From positions 1-53,804 of the forward strand of contig JBGAIQ010000040.1 of the NCBI GenBank assembly GCA_044225365.1: a stretch of DNA of 53,804 nt. The letters run 5' to 3'. A program made the position numbers and the translations under genes. The notes below the pieces were generated by a model. That model saw only the letters and a program-made list of their open reading frames with translations, was not told the origin of the DNA and did not search any database. Of this stretch, positions 28,116 through 36,934 are shown one piece after another (within the stretch, counting starts at the first letter, position 1; each line of letters starts with the position of its first letter). The stretch comes from Planctomycetota bacterium. GTDB taxonomy: Bacteria; Planctomycetota; B15-G4; JADJEK01.

Positions 28116-28359
28116 CGTCGTTTTCCGCGCGCGTCGCCTGGGTCGACGAGGCTCTCGTCAGTACGGCAGAGCGAATCGCGCCTCGGCCTTTCGCTGACGT
28201 GCTAGGCGACACCGCAGCGCATAGTTTCGCGAAAATCGAAGAATTTCCTATGCGAAGTTCTCGAATTCGCGGACAGAGCGCCGATCGTCGCCAGCAGTTC
28301 GGCGGGAGATGCCCCGACCTTGCGACGAAGCCGTGCTCCGTTGTTGCGGCGGTGAATCG

Positions 28360-29193
28360 TCAGTTCGAGCGGTAGCGCCAGATCACGAACGACACGACCG
28401 CGAGCAAGGCGAGGTTCCCGAACAGCATCGCAGATTGCTTCGACCCCTCGAAGCCGCGCGCCTCCTGCTTGATCGGCGCGAACTTCCCCTTGTCCTCGTG
28501 CAGGCCAATCTGGGCGATCGATTGCTGCATTCCGAGCTGGTACGCCATGAACGTCGATTGGGGAGCGACGTAGTAGGCGAGCAGGCTGCGCGTCCCGGCC
28601 CGCATGAAGGCGATGTACTGATGCGTCAGCGGCTGGTTCGGGACCTGCACGTCGAACTCGCAGAGGAAACCGAGTCGATTTCCGCGACCGTTGAATTGCA
28701 GGAGCTTGCCGGATTCGTCGAGGCGGGTTTGCTGGCCCTGGGCCTGGTTCAGCAGGAACTGCCGCAAATCGCCGGGCGAACCGATCTGCAACGGCGGATC
28801 CTGGACCACCGCCAGGATCGAGCCGCCCTTGCCGTCGGTGAACTGATAGACCTGCATCTGCTGCACCGTTCCCGACGGCAGCGTTCGCTTGTCTTCCGGG
28901 GGGATCAACACCCCGCGAAGCTTGGCGAGCGATGCCGGGTCGAGGAGCTTGAACTCCTTCGGGAGTCGGATCTGGAAGCCGAACGCGTCGTCGCTGAACT
29001 CTTCGCCGTTGAGCGCGGGATCGAACTTGTCGATCTTGAGGAATGGGACCTGCATCGCCGGATCCGCCTTCGGGGCGTTCGGCTTCGCAGGCTTCTGAGC
29101 GAACGACGGTGCCGCGAGAGCCACGAGCGCGACTCCGCAGAACGACAGGCGCCTCACGGCGCGACGCAGGGCATTCCATCGGGGCTGGGACAT
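28360..29193 (-). CDS. Exported hypothetical protein with C-terminal TM anchor
   Basis: Signal-like RRLSFCGVALVALAAPSFA; C-terminal LFGNLALLAVVSFVIWRYR; strong codon bias. Confidence 0.7.
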   Translation of the reverse strand: MSQPRWNALRRAVRRLSFCGVALVALAAPSFAQKPAKPNAPKADPAMQVPFLKIDKFDPALNGEEFSDDAFGFQIRLPKEFKLLDPASLAKLRGVLIPPEDKRTLPSGTVQQMQVYQFTDGKGGSILAVVQDPPLQIGSPGDLRQFLLNQAQGQQTRLDESGKLLQFNGRGNRLGFLCEFDVQVPNQPLTHQYIAFMRAGTRSLLAYYVAPQSTFMAYQLGMQQSIAQIGLHEDKGKFAPIKQEARGFEGSKQSAMLFGNLALLAVVSFVIWRYRSN

Positions 29194-29337
29194 GGGGGCG
29201 TCTCTTCCTTGCGGCGCGGCCGCGTGCGCATCTCGTTCGAATCCGCCGTTGGAATACGGGAGTCGGGGGGACGGGTTCGGGGTCGATGCGCGCGGCCGAG
29301 TTCGGGTCCCGTAGTATCGGCCCATGGGCGGGCCCGG

Positions 29338-31317
29338 TCAAAGCCGATTTGACGATCGTGTCGACTTGATCCGCAGGTTCCCGTGGCGATCGACGACGGC
29401 TAGGTCCCCCGGCTCGACGAGGATCGTGGCGCCGTCGTCGTCGATCCGGGCGAACCCCTCGATCCGACTGCCGACCGGCAGTTCGTCGCGACGATAGCAG
29501 GCGATGGACGTTGCCTTGCCGCGATGGCTCGCCCGCGCGATGGCGAACGGGGTGATCTTCCGGCCGCGGGGCAATCGCGGCACGGGGAACGGGATGTCCC
29601 GCGGCGCACGGGCCCGGACCTTCACGTCGACCACTTCGATCGCGCGATCGGAGAACGCGTGGCCGAAGGCGTGGGCGTGGGCAGCGTGGAACGCCGCGAT
29701 GATCCGTTTCGAGAACGGCACGTCGAGCGTGAAGGTTTGTCCCACGTAGCGACAAGCGAGATCGCGTTCGACCTCGACGGTCGCCATGCGCTCGACACCA
29801 CTCGCACGGAGCCTCTCGCGCGCATCCCGCTCGAGGCGGACGAGTGCCGTTTCGAGCCTGCGACGCGCGGCCGCCGTGTCGACGTCGCGCACGAGTACGG
29901 TTTGGGAGAGATCGACCTCGGGATCGGCAAGCACCATGCCGAGCGCGGAGAGATGGCCTGGCATCGGTGGCACGAGCGCGCCTGCGCATGGCAGCACGCG
30001 GACGAGGCGACTCGCATGCAATCCCCCGGCTCCGCCGAACGCGATGAGCTCGAGGTCGCGGGGATCGGCGCCGCGTGCCACCGCGACGATCCTCGCGGCC
30101 CGCGCCATCGCCGCGTCGGCGAGGTCGAGGACGGCGTCGGCCGCGGCCACCGCGCTGCGTCCGATCTGCTTGCCGAGATTCGCGAGCGCGCGGTGCGAGC
30201 GCAAGGGATCGAGAGTGACTCCGCCTGCGAGTTCGAGCGGCAGCCGCCCGAGCACGACGTGGGCATCGGTCACCGTCGGCTCGTCGCCCTTGCCGTAGCA
30301 CGCCGGCCCGGGAACCGCGCCCGCGGAACGCGGCCCGACGCGGAGCATCCCGCTCGAATCGACGTACGCGATCGAGCCGCCGCCCGCCCCGACCGATTCG
30401 ATGTCGAGCGCGGGCACGACCAGCGGATGTCCCGCGAACTCGATCTCGGAGCGTCGTTGCGGCGTGCCACGCAAGAGGGCGACGTCGGTCGAGGTACCTC
30501 CCATGTCGAGGGCGATCGCGGCCTTCAGTCCTGCTGCGGTCGCGACGCGTTGCGCCGCCACCGCGCCGCCTGCGGGTCCCGACAAGACGAGCCGTACCGG
30601 CGTCTTCGCAGCAGCCGCGGCGCGCGCGGTGCCTCCGTTCGACTGGAACACGAAGAGCGAGCGCGAACCGAGCGAGCGCTCCAGCTCGAGCAAGTAGGAC
30701 GCGACCACCGGGGTGAGGGCCGCGTTGGCCACCGTCGTCGCGAAGCGTTCGTACTCGCGGATGGAGGGCGCGATCGAGCTGGACAGCGTGACGCTGACGC
30801 CGAGCTTCGACAGCGCGCGACCGAGCGCTCGCTCCGCCGCGCCGTCGAGGAACGAGAAGAGCAGGCCCACCGCGATGGCGTCGGGCCGCGTGCGTTTCAC
30901 CGCGACGACGGCGGCGGCGATCGATCGCGCCGAGAGTGGAACGAGCGAATCGCCGTCGCTCGTCGTCCGCTGCTTCACCCCGATCCGGCGTTCTCGCGGC
31001 ACGAGGGGAGGCGCCTTGTGGATCTCGAAGGCGTAGAGATCCGGGCGCGCCTGGCGGCCGATCTCGAGGATGTCCTCGAAGCCCTCGTTCGTCACGAAGG
31101 CCACTTTGCCGAGACGGCCCTGGAGCAGCGCGTTGGTGGCGACCGTCGTGCCGTGGATCACGGTGGCGAGCGATCTCGGATCGAGGGTGGAGACGCCGGC
31201 GGCGACCGCGCGCGACGGATCGCCGGGCGTCGAGGGGAGCTTCGAGCGGACGATGGCTCCCTCGTGCAGAGCGATGAAGTCGGTGAACGTTCCGCCGGTG
31301 TCGACGCCGATGCGCAT
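29338..31317 (-). CDS. Hydantoinase/oxoprolinase family subunit A (HyuA-like)
   Basis: MRIGVDTGGTFTD, HGTTVATNALL, LSGPAGG, DMGGTSTDV, VGAGGGSIA, PTVTDA. Confidence 0.92.
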   Translation of the reverse strand: MRIGVDTGGTFTDFIALHEGAIVRSKLPSTPGDPSRAVAAGVSTLDPRSLATVIHGTTVATNALLQGRLGKVAFVTNEGFEDILEIGRQARPDLYAFEIHKAPPLVPRERRIGVKQRTTSDGDSLVPLSARSIAAAVVAVKRTRPDAIAVGLLFSFLDGAAERALGRALSKLGVSVTLSSSIAPSIREYERFATTVANAALTPVVASYLLELERSLGSRSLFVFQSNGGTARAAAAAKTPVRLVLSGPAGGAVAAQRVATAAGLKAAIALDMGGTSTDVALLRGTPQRRSEIEFAGHPLVVPALDIESVGAGGGSIAYVDSSGMLRVGPRSAGAVPGPACYGKGDEPTVTDAHVVLGRLPLELAGGVTLDPLRSHRALANLGKQIGRSAVAAADAVLDLADAAMARAARIVAVARGADPRDLELIAFGGAGGLHASRLVRVLPCAGALVPPMPGHLSALGMVLADPEVDLSQTVLVRDVDTAAARRRLETALVRLERDARERLRASGVERMATVEVERDLACRYVGQTFTLDVPFSKRIIAAFHAAHAHAFGHAFSDRAIEVVDVKVRARAPRDIPFPVPRLPRGRKITPFAIARASHRGKATSIACYRRDELPVGSRIEGFARIDDDGATILVEPGDLAVVDRHGNLRIKSTRSSNRL

Positions 31318-31748
31318 GGCGGGGGAGTGTAGTGGAGTCGGACTCGCCTCGTCTCGCGATCCCCAAAGGGAATCGTGAATCGGTCCGGGAGGTGTTACCG
31401 CGAAGCCTTTGGACGTGGTGCGGCGGTGACGAAAACGCCATCGAACCGGCTGAACGCAGCGGCACGCGGATCGCTCTCGCCGGACGCGAGTCGCACCTTC
31501 GCCGCGCTGCGGCCTCCCGTCGGCGCCGGGGTGCGCGATCGATCGAACGAAGGACGCGTGCGTCGTCGGAATCGCGCGGAATGGATGTTGGTTGCGGGAC
31601 CCATCCGTTTCGATCGGGGCCGAGTCGGGCGGCGCGTCCTTCCATCTCTTTCTGCGTCTCCGCGGACTCGTGAGCTCGGTACGATGGGGAGGACGTCCGC
31701 GGCATCCCGCCCCACCCGCCGCGAGCGCGAAAGCAGGCTCGAACGCGC

Positions 31749-33284
31749 ATGCTCGCGATCCTGACCGCAATCGTCTTCTCGCTGACCGCGGAGGTCGACC
31801 CCGGCCTCCTCGAGCCCCGGCTCGCTCTCGTGCGCATCGATCCCGGATCGAAGTCGGCGCCGCTGTTCGTGACGACCCACGGGATCCTCGCGAGTTCAGC
31901 GATCGCGACGCCCGCGATCACGTCGTACAAGAAGTTTTGGAACGGCGCCGGCAACTCGCCGATCCGTCATCTCGTCGTCGCCGATCTCGAAGGTGATGGC
32001 GCGTCGGAAGTCGTCTTCGTTCGGGAGAAGCTGAAGAAGGGCTCGCGGCTCGATCTCTCCGTCGTCGAGTTGCCCACCGCGCTCTCGCAGAAGAAGCCGA
32101 AGTCGATCGCCTCATTCGCAAAGGGTGCGCTCGGTTTCGCCGTCGGCGAGGGGCGCGTCGTGGCACTCACCGCGCTTGCCGCCACGCCGGGCGGTCCCGA
32201 CGACCTCGCGATCGTTCGCGCCTACTCCGACGGTCACCAATCGCTCGAGATTCGACCGCTGCCGCACGGGCCGAAACAACCCATCACGGACGTCGTCGCG
32301 AGCGATCCGCTCATCGGGTACGTCGGGGGAGTTGGATCCGCCGCGCTCGGCGCGATCGGGACGAGCGAGGTGCTCGGGATCTGTTCCGTGCGGGATGGTT
32401 CGGGTCAGGATCTCCTCGGAATCTGGCGCCGCACTTTCCCCGGCACGGGCGAATCCGTCGACTCGCTCGACATCGTCGCGCCCCCGAGTTCGGCCGGTGG
32501 CGCGATCTCGGCGCCGATCGCCGGATTCTCCAACCTCGCCGCGAAGGACGGCGCGAAGCTCGCACGCGTCGACGCCTTCGAGATCGACCCCAGCGCGCCG
32601 ACCGGATTCCTGCTGGAGCGCACGCTCGCCGATGGTTCGCGAAGAGTCGAGATCGCGCCTCCGCCGCTCGTGCCCGACGCTCCGCTCGTCCTCGTCACGC
32701 AGTTCGCGCTCGCGGCGACCGGGGTGGGCAGCGGCAAGTCGATCTTCTCGGCGCTCAGCTTCGTCGCGCAGCTTCCGGCGCCGCCTCCGCCCCCTCCGCC
32801 GCCGCCGACGCAGATCGACGCCTCCGGCAACTACGCGATGTACTTCCAGTACACGAACCCTTGGACCTGCCCCGCGTGGGAGGGCTGCGACACGATCGAA
32901 CCGGGGATGCCGGAGGGCGCCAGCTACCTGATGGGGCCGTTCACGGGATTCAGCGCGACCTGGATCCAGTTGAACTTCCGCCTCACGGGGGTGGATCCGA
33001 CTTTCCTCCTCGACGGCACGATCGGCAAGCCGCTCGTGCCCGACCCCTATACGAACCTGATGCTGCAGCAGCTCGGCGCGCCCGCCAAGCTCACCATCAC
33101 GGCGACGAACGAGCCCGGGATCGCGCCGGGATCCGTCATCCAGTTCGGGATCTTCGAACAGAACGTGCGGGTCACGAAGCACGATTCGGGCAAGCTCTCC
33201 TTCGCGAGCGCCGTCGTCGGCACCGTGACGCCGCCCGTCGGCGATCCGTATCCGCTCGGATACGTGGTGTTCGTCCAGCAGTGA
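31749..33284 (+). CDS. Secreted hypothetical protein with poly-Pro linker
   Basis: Hydrophobic N-terminus, ADLEGDG motif, PAPPPPPPPPP linker, strong codon bias. Confidence 0.7.
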   Translation: MLAILTAIVFSLTAEVDPGLLEPRLALVRIDPGSKSAPLFVTTHGILASSAIATPAITSYKKFWNGAGNSPIRHLVVADLEGDGASEVVFVREKLKKGSRLDLSVVELPTALSQKKPKSIASFAKGALGFAVGEGRVVALTALAATPGGPDDLAIVRAYSDGHQSLEIRPLPHGPKQPITDVVASDPLIGYVGGVGSAALGAIGTSEVLGICSVRDGSGQDLLGIWRRTFPGTGESVDSLDIVAPPSSAGGAISAPIAGFSNLAAKDGAKLARVDAFEIDPSAPTGFLLERTLADGSRRVEIAPPPLVPDAPLVLVTQFALAATGVGSGKSIFSALSFVAQLPAPPPPPPPPPTQIDASGNYAMYFQYTNPWTCPAWEGCDTIEPGMPEGASYLMGPFTGFSATWIQLNFRLTGVDPTFLLDGTIGKPLVPDPYTNLMLQQLGAPAKLTITATNEPGIAPGSVIQFGIFEQNVRVTKHDSGKLSFASAVVGTVTPPVGDPYPLGYVVFVQQ

Positions 33285-33300
33285 TCGCGATGCGCGAGGC

Positions 33301-33630
33301 CGGACCGCCACGCTCCAGCGTGGCATTCTTTCGACGGATGCCAGGCAGAGCCTGGCGGTCCCAGTCCTCGGACCGCCACGCTCCAGCGTGGCCAACGTCG
33401 GGCCATGCCAGGCAGAGCCTGGCGGTCCCAGTCCTCGGACCGCCACGCTCCAGCGTGGCCAACGTCGGCCCATGCCAGGCAGAGCCTGGCGGTCCCAGTC
33501 CTCGGACCGCCACGCTCCAGCGTGGCGGACGTTGGCCCATGCCAGGCAGAGCCTGGCGGTCCCAGTCCTCGGACCGCCACGCTCCAGCGTGGCATTCTTT
33601 CGACGGATGCCAGGCAGAGCCTGGCGGTCC
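33301..33630. repeat. Tandem array of five 67-68 bp units, each an inverted pair of REP-like hairpins (BIME/REPIN-like)
   Basis: Unit: CGGACCGCCACGCTCCAGCGTGGC, 12-13 nt linker, ATGCCAGGCAGAGCCTGGCGGTCC, CAGTCCT; starts at 33301, 33369, 33436, 33503, 33570. Confidence 0.9.
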
Positions 33631-33741
33631 CGGGCTCCGTCCATTGCGTGAGGGCGCCTTTCTTGTAGGATCGAATGCTTCCGCCTCACCCGAGAAATCG
33701 AGCGCCGAAACGAGCGCTCGATCGAGCCCCTGAGACTCCGC

Positions 33742-34374
33742 ATGCTGCTCGCCGGCCTCGTCCTCGTCGCCTATCTCATCGGCTCCGTGCCGTTCGGGCT
33801 CGTGGCGGGTCGTCTCAAGGGCGTCGATCTCAGAAAACACGGCAGCGGCAACGTCGGCGCGACCAACGTCGTTCGCGTGCTCGGAAAGCCCATCGGCATC
33901 ACGGTGTTCGTGCTCGATTTCCTGAAGGGGTTGCTCCCGACCCTGTTCTTCCAGAAGATCGCGCTCGCCTACGGCGTTTCCGGCGACGCGGATTCGCTGA
34001 AGCTCTTGTTCGGCGCGGCGGCCGTGCTCGGCCACGTGTTCCCGGTGTGGCTCGGCTTCAAGGGCGGCAAGGGCGTCGCGACCTCGGCCGGACTTTGCTG
34101 CGGGGTGGCGCCGGAAGCGACGACGATCTCGTTCGTCGTGTGGTATGCAGTCTTCAAGATCACGAAGTACGTGTCCGTGGCGTCGCTCGCGTCGTGCCTC
34201 GCGTTCCCGCTGGTCTACATCGCGTGGGTCGGACCGAGCGCGGCGTTCGACGAGCACCGCGCGGTGACGATCGCGGCATTCGCCCTCTCGGGCGTGATCG
34301 TGTACACGCATCGTTCGAACATCGGCCGCCTCCTGCGCGGCGAAGAGAATCAGTTCCGCAAGGAGCGAACATGA
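33742..34374 (+). CDS. plsY: Glycerol-3-phosphate 1-O-acyltransferase PlsY
   Basis: YLIGSVPFG, GSGNVGATN, GHVFPVWLGFKGGKGVATSAG, HRSNIGRL. Confidence 0.95.
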   Translation: MLLAGLVLVAYLIGSVPFGLVAGRLKGVDLRKHGSGNVGATNVVRVLGKPIGITVFVLDFLKGLLPTLFFQKIALAYGVSGDADSLKLLFGAAAVLGHVFPVWLGFKGGKGVATSAGLCCGVAPEATTISFVVWYAVFKITKYVSVASLASCLAFPLVYIAWVGPSAAFDEHRAVTIAAFALSGVIVYTHRSNIGRLLRGEENQFRKERT

Positions 34375-35372
34375 CCGAACGCGTGACGATTCTCGGTGAC
34401 GGTGGTTGGGGCACGGCGCTCGGCATCGTCCTCTCCGATCACGGAGCGGACGTCACGCAGTGGGGCGTCGACCCGCGCTACGCCGACGAGATGCAGAAGA
34501 CGCGGCGCAATCCGAAGTTCCTCCCCGGCGTCGAGCTGCCCGATCCAATTCGCGTGACGGGCGACCTGAAGACCGCGCTCGCGCACGCCGAGGTCTTGTT
34601 CTCCTGCGTGCCGACACCCTACCTGCGCGCGGTGCTCGAGCGCGTGAAGCCGATGGTCCGCCCCGGCACTCCCGTCGTCTCGGCGACGAAGGGCATCTCC
34701 ACCGACACCCTCGAGCGGCCGACGCAGATCGTGCAGGACGTGCTCGGCGAGATCCCGATCGTCGTCGTTTCTGGCCCGAGCCACGCCGAAGAGGTGGCGC
34801 GGCGGATGCCGACGACCGTCGTCGCGGCGTCGGTCGATCTCGGCATCGCGCGTCGCATCCAGGATCTGCTCGCCACGGAACGCTTCCGCGTCTACACGCA
34901 CGACGACGTCATCGGCGTCGAACTCGGCGGCGCGCTGAAGAACGTCATCTCGATCGCGGCCGGCATCGTCGACGGACTCGGCTTCGGCGACAACACCAAG
35001 GCCGCGCTGCTCACGCGCGGCATCGTCGAGATGAGCCGCCTTGGCGAAGCACTCGGCGGCCAGCGTGTGACGTTCTTCGGCCTCTCCGGCATCGGCGACC
35101 TCATCACGTCGACGGTCTCCCCGCACGGGCGCAATCGGATGGTTGGTTATCGCATCGGCCGCGGAGAGAGACTCGAGGACATCCTCGGCGGCATGCTCAT
35201 GGTGGCGGAGGGCGTGAAGACCTCGATCGCCGTGAAGAAGCTCTCGCAGCTCAAGAAGGCGGAGATGCCGATCTGCAACGAGGTCTACAACGTCCTCTTC
35301 GAGGGCAAGGACCCCGCGAAGGCCGTACGCGACCTGATGACTCGTCAATTGAAGGACGAAGTCGACTGGTGA
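34371..35372 (+). CDS. gpsA: NAD(P)H-dependent glycerol-3-phosphate dehydrogenase
   Basis: ILGDGGWGTAL, SGPSHAEEV, GVELGGALKNVI, GLSGIGDL; ATGA overlap with plsY and AAGGAG RBS. Confidence 0.95.
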   Translation: MTERVTILGDGGWGTALGIVLSDHGADVTQWGVDPRYADEMQKTRRNPKFLPGVELPDPIRVTGDLKTALAHAEVLFSCVPTPYLRAVLERVKPMVRPGTPVVSATKGISTDTLERPTQIVQDVLGEIPIVVVSGPSHAEEVARRMPTTVVAASVDLGIARRIQDLLATERFRVYTHDDVIGVELGGALKNVISIAAGIVDGLGFGDNTKAALLTRGIVEMSRLGEALGGQRVTFFGLSGIGDLITSTVSPHGRNRMVGYRIGRGERLEDILGGMLMVAEGVKTSIAVKKLSQLKKAEMPICNEVYNVLFEGKDPAKAVRDLMTRQLKDEVDW

Positions 35373-35603
35373 GCCTTGGGAGTCGCTCACGCGTAGGCGC
35401 GAGCGACCATTCCGGATTGCCGCGCATTTCCCTCCCTCCGGGGAAGAACGCCTGCACCCTTACCGATCGCTCATCGAGCGAGGCGGATTCCGCGTGATAC
35501 CGTTTCGATCCTCGCGACCGCTGGCGGCATCGCGATTGCGCTCGGGCTCAATGACCGCAAGGTCTCGCCCTTCGCCTTCGAATCCTCTTCTCCGGAGTTC
35601 GAC

Positions 35604-36572
35604 ATGAAACTCTTCCGCTTGGCCGCCTTGTTGTGGATCGCAGCGCCGATCGCGAGCGCCTCGGATGTCTTCAGCTATCCGCCGAGTTCGGCGGGCGGCG
35701 TCCTGACGTCGTCGTGGGTCGCGCCGAACGGCACCGACTCGGATACCTACGCGTGGAACGATTTCATCGTGCCCTCGAACGAAGCGATCACCGAGGTGCG
35801 ATGGCGCGGCGGTTACGGCTTCGGCGCACCGTTCGGCAAGGCGTATCAATTCACGATCACGTTCTTCGCCACGAACTCGACGGGATACGAGCCGCTCGTC
35901 GTCACGCTCCCCGACGTGTACGGTGAACCGGCGCTCGCCAACTATCAGATCGTCGGCAACGCGGGTGAGACGCCCGCGGGTTCGATCGGCGGCATCCAGA
36001 TGTACGACTACAAGACGTACTTGCCGACGCCGTTCTTCGCGACGGGCGGAGTGAAGTACTGGATCCGCATCGTCGCGTGGCAGCCCGGTTATCCGGATTG
36101 GGGTCCGACGAAGGGCACGGGCGGCAACGGCTCGCACTTCCGCTACATCACCGGCGGCAACATGTTCCAGAACGTCCCTGGCGACACGTCGTTCACGCTT
36201 GCGGCGCCGTGGAAGGATCTCGGCTTCGCGAAGGCGGGATCGAAGGGACTGCCCACGCTCGTCGGAACCGGCGCCCTCGCGGCGAACCAGACCGGCACGT
36301 TGAAGCTCGCGAACGCGAAGTCGAATACGACGGCCTATGGCATCGTCGGAGTGAATTCGCTGATGGCGCCCTTCCTCGGCGGTACGCTCGTCCCCTCGCC
36401 CGACATCGTGTTCGCGCTACCCACGAATGGCAGCGGCACGATCACTCTGCCGTTCACGATGCCCGCGGGCGTTCCCCCGGGAGTGAGCTTCTACGTCCAG
36501 TTCTGGATCGCGGATGCCGCAGCCGGCGCCGGATACGCCGCGAGCAACGCATTGCGCGGAACGACCGACTGA
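35604..36572 (+). CDS. Secreted protein with shared C-terminal domain
   Basis: Signal peptide MKLFRLAALLWIAAPIASA; ends YVQFWIADAAAGAGYAASNAL. Confidence 0.75.
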   Translation: MKLFRLAALLWIAAPIASASDVFSYPPSSAGGVLTSSWVAPNGTDSDTYAWNDFIVPSNEAITEVRWRGGYGFGAPFGKAYQFTITFFATNSTGYEPLVVTLPDVYGEPALANYQIVGNAGETPAGSIGGIQMYDYKTYLPTPFFATGGVKYWIRIVAWQPGYPDWGPTKGTGGNGSHFRYITGGNMFQNVPGDTSFTLAAPWKDLGFAKAGSKGLPTLVGTGALAANQTGTLKLANAKSNTTAYGIVGVNSLMAPFLGGTLVPSPDIVFALPTNGSGTITLPFTMPAGVPPGVSFYVQFWIADAAAGAGYAASNALRGTTD

Positions 36573-36591
36573 TTCCCTTCGGTCAGCAGGA

Positions 36592-36630
36592 GCGCCCCGC
36601 GTCGACGTGAGAACGATCGACGCGGGGCGC
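36592..36630 (+). terminator. GC-rich hairpin, possible terminator
   Basis: GCGCCCCGCGTCGA / TCGACGCGGGGCGC, 14-bp stem 20 nt after a stop codon; no clear U tract. Confidence 0.45.
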
Positions 36631-36697
36631 ATTCGTGTGCATCGGCTAAGATCGTGGACGCTGCAGGTTGGATGGCGTCCCCGACACCCACGCCAAA

Positions 36698-36857
36698 ATG
36701 ACCGTTCACGATTCGGCCAGGCCTCTGACCGGCTGCGAGCCGCGCATGCATCTTCGGACCTCCTCACCGACTCTTTTCGTTGAGTCGCTTCGTCGGTCCG
36801 CATCGCCTGCGCGGCTCTCGCGCGGTCTCGTAACCTGGCGGAATCGTGAACGGTCAT
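36698..36857. repeat. 24-bp inverted repeats bounding a 160-bp intergenic segment (MITE-like)
   Basis: ATGACCGTTCACGATTCGGCCAGG (36698-36721) and CCTGGCGGAATCGTGAACGGTCAT (36834-36857), 23/24 complementary. Confidence 0.7.
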
Positions 36858-36934
36858 ATCGAACCGCCTCGAGAACCCGTCCCGAACCCGGGACTCCGTG
36901 ATCCTCCGATCACGAGAGAGCGAAAGAGGAAATC

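Noticed and set aside
28202-31954. 1250-aa minus-strand ORF
   Set aside because: Arg-rich, no motifs, overlaps hydantoinase A and another gene in a different frame; high-GC shadow ORF
33301-33630. Possible CRISPR array
   Set aside because: Variable parts are only 12-13 nt and recur (units 1 and 5 identical), the constant part is about 55 nt with two hairpins, and no cas genes are in the window
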